NCBI GenBank assembly: GCA_900088475.1
Contig: FLMG01002456.1
Location: 62,001-126,000 of the forward strand
Source of the DNA: Hyphochytrium catenoides
Lineage: Eukaryota > Protista > Hyphochytriomycota
Reading direction: 5' to 3'
DNA length: 64,000 bases
The position numbers and the translations under genes are program-made. Positions 29,533-42,315 of this stretch are shown here, piece by piece. Below the pieces are notes generated by a model. It made no database searches, was not told where the DNA came from, and was given only the letters and a program-made list of their open reading frames with translations. Every line of letters starts with the position of its first letter. Position 1 is the stretch's first letter.

Positions 29533-30742
29533 TTATGACGTGGAGGCCGGGCACCCGGACAAAATATCTTGTACGCTGAAGCTCCGATTTACTGCTCCTC
29601 CACAATTGGACTGCCCGTTGATTTGCCGCTGAAGGTCAAAGTAGGCGCTGGAACTGGCATTGAGTTGCACGGGGTACATTGATGTCACGCCCAGCGAGGC
29701 AAGATTCGCATATTGTGCATCCAAAGAGGTGCCATCAACTTGTTGTGGCTGCGTCATACCGTCTCGAGGTTCAGGTTTTGTGCTTTGATCCCACGAAGCG
29801 TGATCTTGTGCTCCTTGTTGAAAGCCCGATATAAAGCGGTCGTCCTCGGCAAAACTGAAGACATCTGACGCCGAAGACGGATAGTTGGCACCACGAGCAG
29901 TGAGATTAGGGTACAAGGATCTCCAAGCATTGATGTCATCGACTACTCGCATGAGCAAGGCGTCTTGAGTGGCCAAAGCAATCAGTCTCTCAGTAGAGAG
30001 TTTCTCATCCTTTCCTCCTCCATTGTAGAGTTCAATTAGAGCGAGGAGGGATGGGGTTGGCGCGAGATTAACCTGCTTGGATCCCGTCGCTGACTCTTCC
30101 CTGCCATCGCTACCGTTCGTGCTACCGTCCTCTCTAAAAGGCAGCCCTCCAGGAACTGAAGGGTTGGCGCCTGATAAGATGGAGAAAGGTCCCCTTTGAA
30201 GTCTTCCATCTCCCGAGTCAAGAGCAGCAGCCGCAGCTTCAGCGGCCACATGAAGTTCATGGGTTGCAAGCCATTGGGGTGCAGGAGGTTGAAGGCGATT
30301 ATCTCCATCCAACGAAGTGCTTGCACTCCTCTGCCGCTTCTTCCTTTGCCTGTCTGCCGACCTAAAATTGTGGCAGTGCGTATGGCGTAACCCTAGTGGT
30401 AACTTCACATTACACTGCCCATTGACTTTGCAACAACACTCAAACGTGCATAGCAAGCAAACCCATCGTTCGCACTCTTCGCCCTCAACTAGTTTGCCGA
30501 ACTTCTTCCATAGCCCATTGCGACAGAAGACCGTAGAGCACTTGCTGCACTTAATTCGACCTTCGTATCTGGTGTACAATCATAACAGAGCAGCGTATTA
30601 GTAGGAGTAATTCACCCTTAAACTGACATCAATTGACTCACATCTTTCCATCTGAGCCTTGCTTTTGAACTTTACCGCAGTCTCCATCTCCATGAAGATG
30701 ACATGTTCCTTGAAAAGCATCAGCGCCGCTAGCGGCCGACAT
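29533..30742 (-). CDS. Cys-rich zinc-finger protein resembling zf-4CXXC_R1 (CDCA7/JMJD1-type), with NLS and low-complexity C-terminus (2 exons)
   Basis: TCHLH..C...IKCSKCSTVFCRNGLWKKFG...WVCLLCTFECCCK..C, followed by RQRKKRQR. The intron at about 30571-30641 is in frame. Confidence 0.65.
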
Positions 30743-30826
30743 CCTGCGGCGCGGCTGGGAAAGAGCTAAGAAGAGGCAGTTCAGGAAATGAGCAGTTGAG
30801 TTCTTGCCACTTCCCACTTCCTCGTA

Positions 30827-30836
30827 TCGCGCCAAA
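30827..30836 (-). promoter_or_regulatory. E2F site TTTGGCGCGA upstream of the zinc-finger gene
   Basis: Plus strand TCGCGCCAAA, about 85 bp before the ATG at 30742. Confidence 0.5.
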
Positions 30837-31811
30837 TCAGAAGCTGGAAAGTGGCCCTCGCCTCCGGGCCTTTTGCCGACCTGGACAGACTCTAATCGGC
30901 GATAGTCTAACCCACGAATGAGGCAGGACGAGGAGAAGATTGTTCTATCTGCTATCGGCGGATTGAGGTCTGAACTTCGAAGCCAAGAACTCCAGAGCCT
31001 TGGACCTTCCTTACTAGTGTTACAGGGAAGACCGAGTGATGAGCAATACCCTGCAACTGGTTCGAGAGACGGTTGGCTTTAGGAATTGCCGACCTTTTCC
31101 ACGGAAGCGCGAGGAAGCATTGAACGGAGTTTCGTCAAGTGAGGATACAGAAGATGTTTCGGAAACTGGCCTATCAGAAGTTGGAGAGCCTGGTCTCTGA
31201 TAGCCTTAGTCTCCCAGTACCGAAGCTTGGCAAGAGAAAAGAACGAGTAGACCGCCCACTGGCTATCCGACGCCATTACTACTGTTACTATGGAGCTGGG
31301 GTTGTGCGCCATCTTAGGCCGTGGAGGGTAGCCAGAGCGATCGAGAAGAACTAAGGTAAAAACTACTTACTATTCTTATTACTTATCCCGTTACTAGTAC
31401 TAGTTAGCACTGTGGAGGCCAGTAAGAGTAATAATGCACTCGAGCAACAAAACAGTACTTGGAAGACGGTGGTCAGCAACTCCAGACTGAGACAAAGCGC
31501 TCTGGATACGAAGAGCCAGCGCGACGAGATGTAGGTAGGACGACCTCCACCTGAGAGAATGCAGCGTATCTCTGGTCCTTTTCTTGATTGTTGTCAAGTG
31601 TACGGCGCCTTTCCCATACCTGAAAGAAGTACATTTACACCTACATAACATCGAGTTGCTCAGAGGGTTGTAAAAGGTACTGGCCACATAGAGTGGAAAC
31701 TACCTTCATGAAAAAACACGGGGGATTCTAGCTCCGATCATGGATAGTGGATAGCCCTCGCGCCCCTTCTCTCGGGCTAATTAATGAACAGGGACAGTCC
31801 ACCGGGCCCAT

Positions 31812-31826
31812 TAAACCCTAAACCCT
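31812..31826. repeat. Short interstitial telomere-like repeat / telo-box (TAAACCC x2)
   Basis: TAAACCCTAAACCCT, i.e. (TTTAGGG)n on the minus strand, immediately after GGGCCCA. Confidence 0.5.
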
Positions 31827-33919
31827 GAGTCTATCAAGAATAGAACCTGCCAGGAATGATTCTGGGATAAGAAAAGTTCCCTCCCTTTTTTTAAGGGCTG
31901 AGTGATACTGTTCGTACAGCGAGGAGAGTACCAGTTACCTACTCATGGATGCTGGAACCCCAGTCCCGACAAGTGTGACCAAGTTACTCAGCTATACATA
32001 TCTAGTCCGTAGTTATTTTGAGTGTATTTGATGGGAGGAAAGACTTTCCATTCATTGTCCTCGACGAGGACAATTGCAGTTGTCAGCATAGATGTCACCA
32101 TCTTCTGGAGGCTTCTTTCGAGTAAGTTTAATGAACTCGAGTATATCATTGTATAATTTCCCCCCCTAAGAATACCGATCATCATCAGCTTCATCAGCAA
32201 TCAGCTCTCGTCGGTAGAAGTTTGATGAATTCCGGGTCTTTGTGAAGAACAATCATCATTAATATATATATTTATTGAATGACGACCCTAGGAGGAGGAG
32301 ATAACATTAATAATGACGACGTGCTGAGAAAAGTCCAAGATCTGAGTGGTGGATAGGCTCTGGGTGCCCGTGTCGTCCCTTTGGCCTCTCATACCATGAC
32401 GACAGGAAACAACGCCACTTATTAGATAGTATCTTGTACTTCTGTATGTATCCATTGTAGAGATTCTGTACAACAAGTCGCAGCAGTACTTAATGCTATA
32501 TGCCATGATGTGACACTAGATACCCCGTCGCAGTAGAATGACACTACTGCCTCTCTTCTGCCGCCAGCCTTCCACAATTTCCTCAACTTCCTGCCTTGAG
32601 TTGCAGAAGCTTGTCATTTCTAAAAGCGTCATTGAGCGAAAGATGTTGACTCTTCTTTCGTAGGGAGTAGGGGGTAGGCACCAATCCCGGCAGGACGACG
32701 TCGTAATCCCGAAGGGCAGAAATACGAAGGATTACCTCCTCCAGGCAGAAGTCCAACGCACTTGATGACTGAAAAGCGTCCTCAGGTTCCGATCGTCTGG
32801 CTGGACATGACACGCTAGTGGTACGACTGTAGTACGGCGTAGTCTTTACTCTTTCTCATCCATTCCACTTACCCGTAATAAAGAAAGGACTTCCTCTTCC
32901 ATCTTCCTCCTCCTGCATCCTAAGAACGGCTGCTTTCGGCGCAATGGCAGCAGCTGATCTATTTGATCATATGCTTGATCTCCTCCAAGAATTTGCGGTG
33001 GATCTGGAGCTCTAGCCAACTCGATAGTAGTCATCCTGTCTGAATAATATAGCTGATGTGTTGTTTGGGACGACGAGAATGAGTACAAGATAGCCAGCCG
33101 CATATCGCACAGTCTGGGCTGCCTGAGGCTACTCGGTCCGAAATCTCCTCCTCAAGCACGACACCCCCTAAACTAATGATGAGGGTGGTAATTGTAGCTC
33201 TACATAAATAGCGACACCATTCGCTGCTTTGCATCTCTGCATTGTTGGTCAACCAACTCTGGCGAGGTAAATTAACGGGTACTCAAAAGATCATAAACCA
33301 GTAGAATCTGTAGTCATATGTGATTGTTCTAAGTGGTGGCAGGACTATCAGACGTCGAACATTACTTTATTCCCTCTGCACTTTTGTTCATGAGCGCCTG
33401 GCACCTTTAGCAAAGACAAAGCTTTCTCTACTCAAGAGCGAATGTGGCGGGCTTGCCGCTTGCCTTAACATCACTTGCTGCTTCACCAGGGGGTTTGAAA
33501 GTCTAGTGAGACCTAATCCCTGCTGAGGCTTAGCGAGTTCACCAAGTGCTTGTTGTCGCTTTCTTACAGTGGGATCCTAATGAGCTCCACTTCGTAGTAC
33601 CATTCGCTGTTATTTCAATGATCACAGTAGCCTAAACCGGAAAACGAAACCTCCTATCATGGACAACATGATTCCTTTATTAGCGGCGGGTTGGGAGCTG
33701 AAGGGAGAAGTGAAGATGTGAATAGGCGCTTTTGAAAGACCTAAGGAGCAAATCGGCCAACTATGTATGTGCCGGGTCATGATAGACGGTGCTCCGGTAA
33801 GTGTTCGGAAGAGACTTGGCCTTCGTTGTTAACGCGTTTGAAGACAGCGACAACTTCTCGTAAAAAATTTATGTTACGGTGAAACGATAGAGACAAGTTG
33901 TGGATCCGAGAAGCCATTC

Positions 33920-36900
33920 CTAGATGTAGACATTGCGTGCGTAATCTTGCCTGGACGTCCTCTTACTCTCCCTCAGATCGGCTTCAACTCCCTTGTCGGC
34001 GTAGAAAATAGCAACGTCGCCCACCATACGCAGATCCCGACTTAGGTTCTCACGTCGGCCGCTGCTCGACCACATTGGCCTAGAGTTGGGCGACCTATCT
34101 ATGCTAGTGTGTCGTAAATTATCGACTATATCCCTAGCGCCAGCCTGATGATGATAGGACTTTTTGTTGACAGTGACGAAGTCCACGAAGCTAAGAGAGC
34201 GGGAGGCTGGACGACTAACCTTTTGGGACTTTAGGATAGGACTATCCACCAGGCTCGCAACAGTTGCAGTCGGAGACAGTAGGCCAGGTGTAGAGATGTT
34301 CTTGGGGTCGTCCTCTGGAATGATGCTCTCAGAAGCCCGTTTCGCATCGCCAGCATGTGGCTTTTTAGGGGGATGTCTAGCGGCCTGATAGAAGACTTTG
34401 TAGTTGGAAGCATCCCCTTTGCGCAATTTTAGAGCTTGAATTGTAGTTGGGTTTCCGTTTGACGCACTACTTGAAGCTCGGGTCTGGGCATGTTGGCCAT
34501 GTGGCAGACTAGCATCCATCCGGCCGTCATCCTTTCCCACGGTGACTCCTAGTAGTGTATATAGGCTTCCGTGAGAGAACTGAGATTTACCTGTGTCCAT
34601 GCTGGGGTTATATGCTTCTTCGAGGGATGTAAGCATATCAGAGAAAGCGCGCTTTATCTGATGGATGCGAAAGCAGTTCCTGCCAACATTGTTGCTCTGT
34701 CTTAGAGGATCCTCGATGTAGAGGGGGTCAAACTTGTGAGGATCTTGAACCTCCTGAGTCTCAACACCCCACGAATCATGCAGACGGAAGCTGCGACGTT
34801 TCGATCCAGGACTTCCGAGATGTGGGCCGTACGGTTCAAAAGTCGAGTCACCTACACTTCTGACGCTTCCTGTGTAAGACCTCACTTCTACATCATCCAA
34901 CTCTGTACCAGATATGTCGCTTCGAGAGTCTTGTCCTGAGATCGCATGCCTATCAAGGTAGCACTTGCGCCCAACACTGATTCCTGTTGTACGCGGGTCG
35001 AACTGTCTGCCATAGAAACCAAGGAAACCAAGCAGAAGCATTCCGAGATCCGTGGTTCGAGTGCCAGTACCATCAGAGGACGTCCCATAATGGTCCTGAA
35101 GGAAGCGAGCTACTAAGAGCACCAGCCCATAGGACGATAGCCCTCCACTATAGGACGCACCCAGTCCTTTCAGTGCTAGATATGCCTTCAAAACAATTAC
35201 CAAGTAGGTTATGGGGGGGAAATCCTTGAGGAGAAGTTGGATCATCTCATTCGACGCCAGCCCATTATGTCCCGGCCCCTCAAAAGAAATGTCCAACTTT
35301 ACTGGGAACTGCTTTCTGTGCTTATCATCATCCGAGACCAGGGGTAGCGGCTTTGTAGTGAGAGTAATGATAGGGATCGGCGTTTTAGCTATGGACTTCA
35401 ATGACTTCCCCTCCACCCAGGGCTGTACTTGGAGAGTACGAGCCAGATTTTGTTGCCATGTCTCCTTTATAGCATTCCGTCCCTCCAATGGACCAGGGGC
35501 TTCCGCCAGTGCCGCCATATGTACTTTAGGCAGACAAATCACCATGTCCAGATCGCTGACGTCATGCAATGAATTTAGTGTCTAGGCTGGTCGACGATGA
35601 GATGTTAATTGAGGTCACCTGGAAGGAATGCAGAGCCCTGTCACATAGGATCCGTACATCTTGACCTGTGCTCGTGGCCACAAAGAGCGCACTGCAGATG
35701 TGCACAGCTGTCTGGCGGCCATTTGTGATGAGTATAGGTCTCTGGCTCTTGCCTGCAAAGAGACAGAGGGGATATGTCAGATTAGCGGTTTCACGTGAAC
35801 CATGTCCTGGTGACCAGCCTACCTGGATTCCATTAACAAAAGCACAAATTTCCCAGTGCAAGCTACTCCTCAGAGGACCAAGTCCAGGAGGAACTTTATC
35901 TCCTTTTGGGGCCGGGGCTTCCGGTGGGATTACTCGCAAAGAGGTACTCACTAGGGGAGGAGATACAATCCCAGGACCTTGTTTTGCTGGTATGCCATCG
36001 AGTGAATGCGGGTTGGTGTTAAAGTGGATGATCCGGTTGGCAGAGGAAAGAGCCCCAGAGAGGTGAGAGATCTGAGATTTCAGCTCTGACACTGCAGCAG
36101 TCAGCAAAGACACGTCTGCATGAAGAGAGAGGCACATCCGCTTAATATCCTACAGATGATTGACATAAAGCATCAGTGCCGGATGCATATGTGCTCGTAC
36201 GAAACCGTCAAAACCTGGTTGTCTTGAATCAGCTGCTCTAACCCCTCATGTCGCTTCAGGTCTTCTTTGTCTTAAGCCGAAGTACTGTCAGGAACCACTC
36301 ACTTCTTGCGAATGTTTATGACATACCTGCGCTCGAGAGCGGTCCATCATTGGGTGCTGGCCTGCAGTGAGGATCGTTTTCGATGACTGCTTATCAAACA
36401 GGCTGTTAGTACTCGGCTCTAGTCAGAGAGGCGTGTGTCTCTTGAGACCTTGTGAATTTTCTTCTGCTTTACAATCAGTATCTTCGCTAGCTATGGGAGA
36501 CCTAGGATCGTGGCCCTTACTGCTACGTGGAGTATCTACCATGACTTCAGTAGCTGCAGTTGAGAGCGCCTATCAGCGCTGCACGACACTGATATTGAGT
36601 TTGAGGTCATACCTCCAAAAGAAGCAACTTGATCGTTTGTGACCTTTTCTTCCGGAGTTTGGCACGTCACCTCTAGCCTGCTGTCCATCCCCTCAGGACT
36701 GTAAGCGCTCTTGTCCACGGACGTAAACTGGCCTTCTTCAGCACCCTTCAAGGTCAAGGTCAAGATATGCTTAGGTACGATAGGCGGACGACAAAATTAG
36801 AAGGTGACCTTAAGTCCTTCAGCTTGTTCATCGTCATAAGATATGAAATCCCAAGGGGGTCGCATGCGGTTATAGCAGTGGATCCCTGAGTCCAGAAAGG

Positions 36901-39128
36901 ACACATCTTCATAGTGGTCCATCGCGCCAGAAAAGAAGATGCTGTGCGGGAATAGAACCATAGTTAAGCCAAACCAATTCTTAACCGTTCCCACATTTGC
37001 ACACACCTTTTTGATCCAAATATGTCTCCTATACTGCCCTTCACCGGAACTTCTTGGCCGTACCCCATACCCAGAACCGCCTCTCCGGGGATTGGCCAAT
37101 TGGTACCTTGCAATCTTCGTCAGATTTGCCAACATTATAAAACTATAAGTCGACCAGACCTGGTGCCAGAGACGATAAACGAAAGCTACTGTCACCAAAG
37201 CCGTTATCAACCCCTGTCATATCTCTTGATGATCTATGAGGTGTGATGTGCACGCCTTCCTCTTGAACGCCAAATAGCGGGCCAGGTTGCATTGGTCCAC
37301 GTCTACGCCTCCTACGTCGCCGATGCTTTCGCTGCTTCCCTGGTTCAGATATGTCACAAGTATCACCAGGTGGGGGTAGTGCCCCAGCGTAGTGCTCCTG
37401 GTTCTGTCTGAGAGTGATCCAACCCCACACTCTCTCAAAAATCGTTGACATTATCTCTCGGACATCATCTTCCGAAGTCTTTAAAGACGAATGTAAAGTC
37501 AGATTTCAGGTTCGCAGCTACTTTAGAAGTCTATCTTACCTCCATCGAATGTCTGCTATTAGAAACGTTCTCACTTTCTGCCTTCACTGCCTTCACTCCA
37601 GTGTGCATGACTTGATCACTCCAGCCTTGCAAATGACTCAGTATATCGTACCAGGCAGATGTGCAAGACGAGTCTGTGATCTTTGACAGGCTTAGTAGTG
37701 TGCCCAGAACAGGCTTATCGTGTCCCGTAGGATCCTTTGACGTCCAAAGGCTTGCGCCCTGTCTGGAGATGAATTTTCTTTGGGTCGAACTGAAGCTCTC
37801 CCAACATCCAGCAGGAAGGTCTTCGAAAGATAGCTCCATCACTTCTGTCTAGAAGCCGTTCAGGTACATGCTTTCACTTTAAAAAGCTGAGATTCTCACC
37901 TCCATCCAGTGGTCACTCTTTAATGGCCGAATTGTGAAGCCCCCATCTCCAGCTGCGCAATTTTTACGTAAACCTGCGGCCGCAGCTGCCATTCAAGCGC
38001 TGCGTAAAGAAGAGGAATCGCCAAAGCTGGGGTGGTAACGGTCCAAACGGCTGCCCACCTTCTGTCAGTGCATGATCACCGTCCTGGATCTTTGCCCATT
38101 GTCTTCTCAAGGATAGCTCCTGCGGTAGGGTATCAGAACTGGAGACCAGACTCGTTGGTTATTTATTTATGACGCACCATATGGTATACAAGGTAGGACC
38201 CGAAAGTCATGACCTGTGTCCAGGACAGCCATTGGTGAACCATTGAAGGCAATTTGTCAAGGCTGAAAGTACTCACTTTATTTCGGTTAAGATCTCTTGA
38301 GCATCGAGTACTCAGGAAGGGACGACCTGATACTGCCCTCAGTACAGAGAGCAGACGTGCTCCATCCTCACAGAGGGCCGGGGTCAATATGATCGCCTGC
38401 TCTGTTGGTGTAAAATAGAGTCGAAGAGCACATTCAAACTCGCGATAGAGTTTGTACTCTTTATGCGTCAAAGGAACTGCAGAACGCCATATATCAGCTG
38501 AAGCAAACCATGACCAATTGCAGTTACTTACCATCGTACATGTCGCCCCATGGTGTCGGCCCCTGTCTTAAGAGAAGAACGCAGCCATCCCTGCAAGCCC
38601 ATCAACCGACTAGATAACACCCGAGGAGTCTGCTAACAAGCATTACCTTGGCATCTCCTCCTGAGTGTGAGGGTCCTTTGGTGGTCAGAAGATCAGAATC
38701 ATTGCATTGACCGCCTCGATGCTAGCTAAAGCAAGCATACCTTTCCAAGGCTGTTTTGCCCCTCAATCTCCCAAGAGGGCTCAGGTTGTGTCACGCCACA
38801 CAAAGCCACGCGCTGCAAGCTGTACAAGGGCTCTTCACTCCCACCGATCGCACGAGTAGGAGTCAGAGAGCTTATCCTTGATATTACATCTAGACTCGCT
38901 GGGTCCGATACTCTCAGAAAGAAAGCCCTTTCACAGGATGACAAGCTCAGGAACCAATCCCAAATGGAGTCGTCGTCTGGATCCGCTGCGCGAATGCCCT
39001 TCCACTGCGCTTTCTACACCAGAATTAGTACTTGGCCCTATAGAGGTAAGGGTCATCATCCTTACCGTCCGACAGAGAGCAACCACTTCTGCCAGACTCT
39101 CCAGCTGGCTAAGCACAAGCCCGTTCAT
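33920..39128 (-). CDS. Large non-canonical poly(A) polymerase / terminal nucleotidyltransferase (TRF4/PAPD5 family, MEE44-like N-terminus; multi-exon)
   Basis: WPRAQVKMYGSYVTGLCIPSS|DLDMV, KLDISF, LVIVLKAYL..GL..SYSGGLSSYGL and PAP-associated LYIEDPLRQSNNVGRNCFRIHQIKRAF. N-terminal IWDWFLSLSSCERAFFLRVSDP. Confidence 0.88.
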
Positions 39129-40218
39129 GCTTTGCAAACGGCGCTTACATAAATCAGAAGCTGCTGCAAGTTAGGCGGATAGGATTCTGATCTTCTTGAT
39201 CTTAGCTGACTCTGCTTCCTTTCTCCCGTTTGCCAGAGTTCTTCATTGTTTCTGACTATGTATAAAAAGAGTTCCGCAGCTCACCAACTCTTCGTTTATC
39301 AACCATCACAGATAAGAATGCATGAATGCATGTGAGAGATATCGAATATCGAACCAGAGATGCATCCTCATCTGATTACTAAATAAAGGATGAGCAAAGG
39401 TGGAGACAGATATCCTTCGTCCCTCCCTTTGGATGCAGACACTTTTGATAGCAGGAGAATGGTACAGGAGCTGGTACAGGTACTCGTACGAAGCAGATTG
39501 ATACTTGTACTGCTATGAAAGCCGGTCGCTGATTCCTGCCATTGTGAAGACAGAGTTGACTAGAGCATTAAGGTGAAGCAGCACGAGGGCCAGCTGTGTC
39601 GAGTGTCTGTCTCAAGAGGCATACGAGCACTTGGTAAACGCTATAATCAGCCAAGGTGTTATTTCGTAAGAGACAATTGGATAGACGACTCCGCTTCAAC
39701 AACCTCTTCAGCTGCGCTTATGTTCTATGACCGCAAGTAGGCTGAGGGCTCACCAAAGCTATTGAAGGACGAAAAGAGGAGGCAGGCCGAGGATTTAACC
39801 CTTGCAACTCTGAAACACAATGGCGGTAAGGATGAAAGACTAATCCTGATAGGGCCTGTGAAATCTCATATATGGGCAGATTCAGATGGATTTTATACCC
39901 TATGAGGCTCCAGTTGAAGGAGGACTAATCAGCGCCTTGGCAGTGATACTCTCCTTGATAGGCCTCGCCCTTACAGCAGTGTTCTTCCTGTAAGTCCTAA
40001 GGACTCGTTGGCCTTTATGTAGTTCCCCTATCTTACTGCTCTTGCAGGTATGAAGCTCGGTCAAGAAGTGGCAAGAACTTGGTGCTAGAGCTGTCTTTGG
40101 CTCTTTTGGCGTCGACAGCCCTTGGGTTCGGCACTTTGTTTGCATTCCTCTACTTTGGTATCTACGTCTAATGGGCACTTCCTGTGGTGCTAGCTCTCCT
40201 TAGTATAGAATAACATAA

Positions 40219-41301
40219 TTAACCAGACTGCCGGGCGAACTCACTAAGCTCATATTCCTCAAGGAATCGATCTATTTCCTCTTCACTGTAGAACAGGTCG
40301 CCGACAAGGTCTTGAGGAGTGATTGGCCTCTTCCTTACCATAACCCTGGAACAAAACCGTACCCTCCTAGAGTCTCTTCCAAGATCTTCACAAATAGTGC
40401 TGTCGGACGGGCTGAGGACTTCAGATTCAGAGGTGTCGATCATCCTAGTGCCAGACTCTCCACCACCTGACTTCCGATAGTAATTCAACTCCGCAAAGGC
40501 GGTTTTTCCTTCATGAACTCCATGCTGCCGATGGCCACCAGCTACGGAAAAGACAGGAGACAAGTTGACCCTATTAAATGCCTGGTGGTCTTTTGGATGC
40601 AATGTCTCTTCCAGTTGCCATGCTGCCAAGGTGCGTTGTGATTGAGAAGAGGGAAGAGCGTCCAAGCTGCCATCCGTCTCCACATCAGGCGAGAAGAGAT
40701 CAGGATAGGACCCGACGAGCCAGTGCCCAGGGTTCGTTCGTCCAGAATGAGCTGATCTTTTGTGACTTATCTTTGTGCTAAGGGGCTGTAGGAGATAGCG
40801 ATCAAAAAAAGAGGTCTCTCCTGGTGGACGACAATAAGACTCTCCGGAATCTTTCGTTTTTCGAGCGTCTGACTGCAGTGGTGTTGGTCTTTGTAGTTCT
40901 TGGTCGGACAAGGTTTTCTCCCTGAACATGTCCTCAAAAACAGAGATGACGTCTTGTTTAATGCACTCCACCATTTCCTCCTTCGCAATAGGGGGGCAAT
41001 CATTTTTTGCCCGTCGCCTTTGAAACTCAGCCTCGATTAGCCCAAGAATCGACTTCTTGGCGGTAATGGTTTGGATGAGCTTTTCCTTCTTTGAGATTTG
41101 TGATCTCAGGCCAGCATTAGGACACGTACTCATTCTGGCAAAAGGGATACTCGAATCCTGCTCCTGGGCCGAACAGTCGTCCATGTCACGGCTATGAAAC
41201 ACTAGCTAGTGGAGGACCTTCCCTGTTGATGGCACCAAGACATGCTCCTGTCCATGATAAGAGTAGATATGCTCTAGCGCCTCATCCATACTCCCAGTCA
41301 T
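40219..41301 (-). CDS. Hypothetical protein with C-terminal RVxF-containing motif
   Basis: 327-codon open frame ending RRVRFCSRVMVRKRP...LFYSEEEIDRFLEEY. The start and first exon are uncertain. Confidence 0.65.
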
Positions 41302-41524
41302 CCATGGCACAGAGGTTTCCGTAGCCCTACTATGAACATCCCACTTGTTCCTTTTCTGAGGAGGGTAATTTTGCCCTTCTACTGGCTTGGTGATAAGCTA
41401 CTCCTTGCCATCGCTCTTGTCCAGCAGCAAGGTAAGCAGAGAGATAGGGAACTAAAATGGTGGCAAGTTTCAAGGAGTATCGATCTTCTTCTTCTGTCTT
41501 CCAATCTACTAATGAACTTCACAT

Positions 41525-41565
41525 ACCAAGGGTCTGACTCGACCAAGGGTCTGACTCGTCCAAGG
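41525..41565. repeat. 17-bp tandem duplication
   Basis: ACCAAGGGTCTGACTCG twice, followed by a partial TCCAAGG. Confidence 0.85.
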
Positions 41566-42079
41566 TGGAAAGAGGTTCAGACGTAATCAAAAGAGATTCA
41601 TACCAAAGAAGAGATTCGTTCAGACGTGAGGGAAAGAGATTCACAGATGTTCAATAACAAAGGCAAGCAGCAGACAAATTTTTCGCAAAGACTCTCTTTT
41701 AGGTAGAGAAAAAAACGATCTTCTTTGACATGGCGATGGAAGAAGGGAAATAAAGTCATTTTTATCAAAAAGCTGGGTGGTGTCCTCAAGATGTACAAGT
41801 AAGTACTCGTAGAACTTTGATTACCAAGTCTTACTTGTGCAAGAAGTGGAGAGACAGCAAAAGGAAGGTCAAAATGTTGGGATTATCTTTGTTTTGTTTC
41901 AGTCCACTAGCTCTGAGACCAAGTGCAATTAGATCTATCTTCTCGCCTTTAGTTCTACTTATACTTGTACGGTGTCGTCATTTTTTTGTTTTTGCATTTG
42001 TGATCCGCACCAAAGCAAGCACAAATGGCACGCAAATAAAGGTTGTAATAATAGGAGGATAGTTCTACTTCTACGAGTA

Positions 42080-42315
42080 CAAGTAAGAAGAAAAAAGGGT
42101 AAAAGAAAAAGTAGTAAGAGATGAAGAAAGAAGAAGTAAGAGATGAAGAAAGAAGAAGTAAGAGATGAAGAAAGAAGAAAAAGGAGAAAGGAATGAGAAG
42201 AAGAGGAAGAAAAAAAAGAAACAAGGAAAGCTATAAGGAAAGCTATACTTTAATGAAGAAGAAGAAGAAGGAAAAGAAGAAGAAAAAGAGGAAGCAGAAA
42301 AGAAACAAGGAAGAC
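42080..42315. repeat. Purine-rich (GAA-type) low-complexity tract containing a 22-bp x3 minisatellite
   Basis: AGTAAGAGATGAAGAAAGAAGA x3 at 42113-42178, inside a nearly pure A/G tract. Confidence 0.9.
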
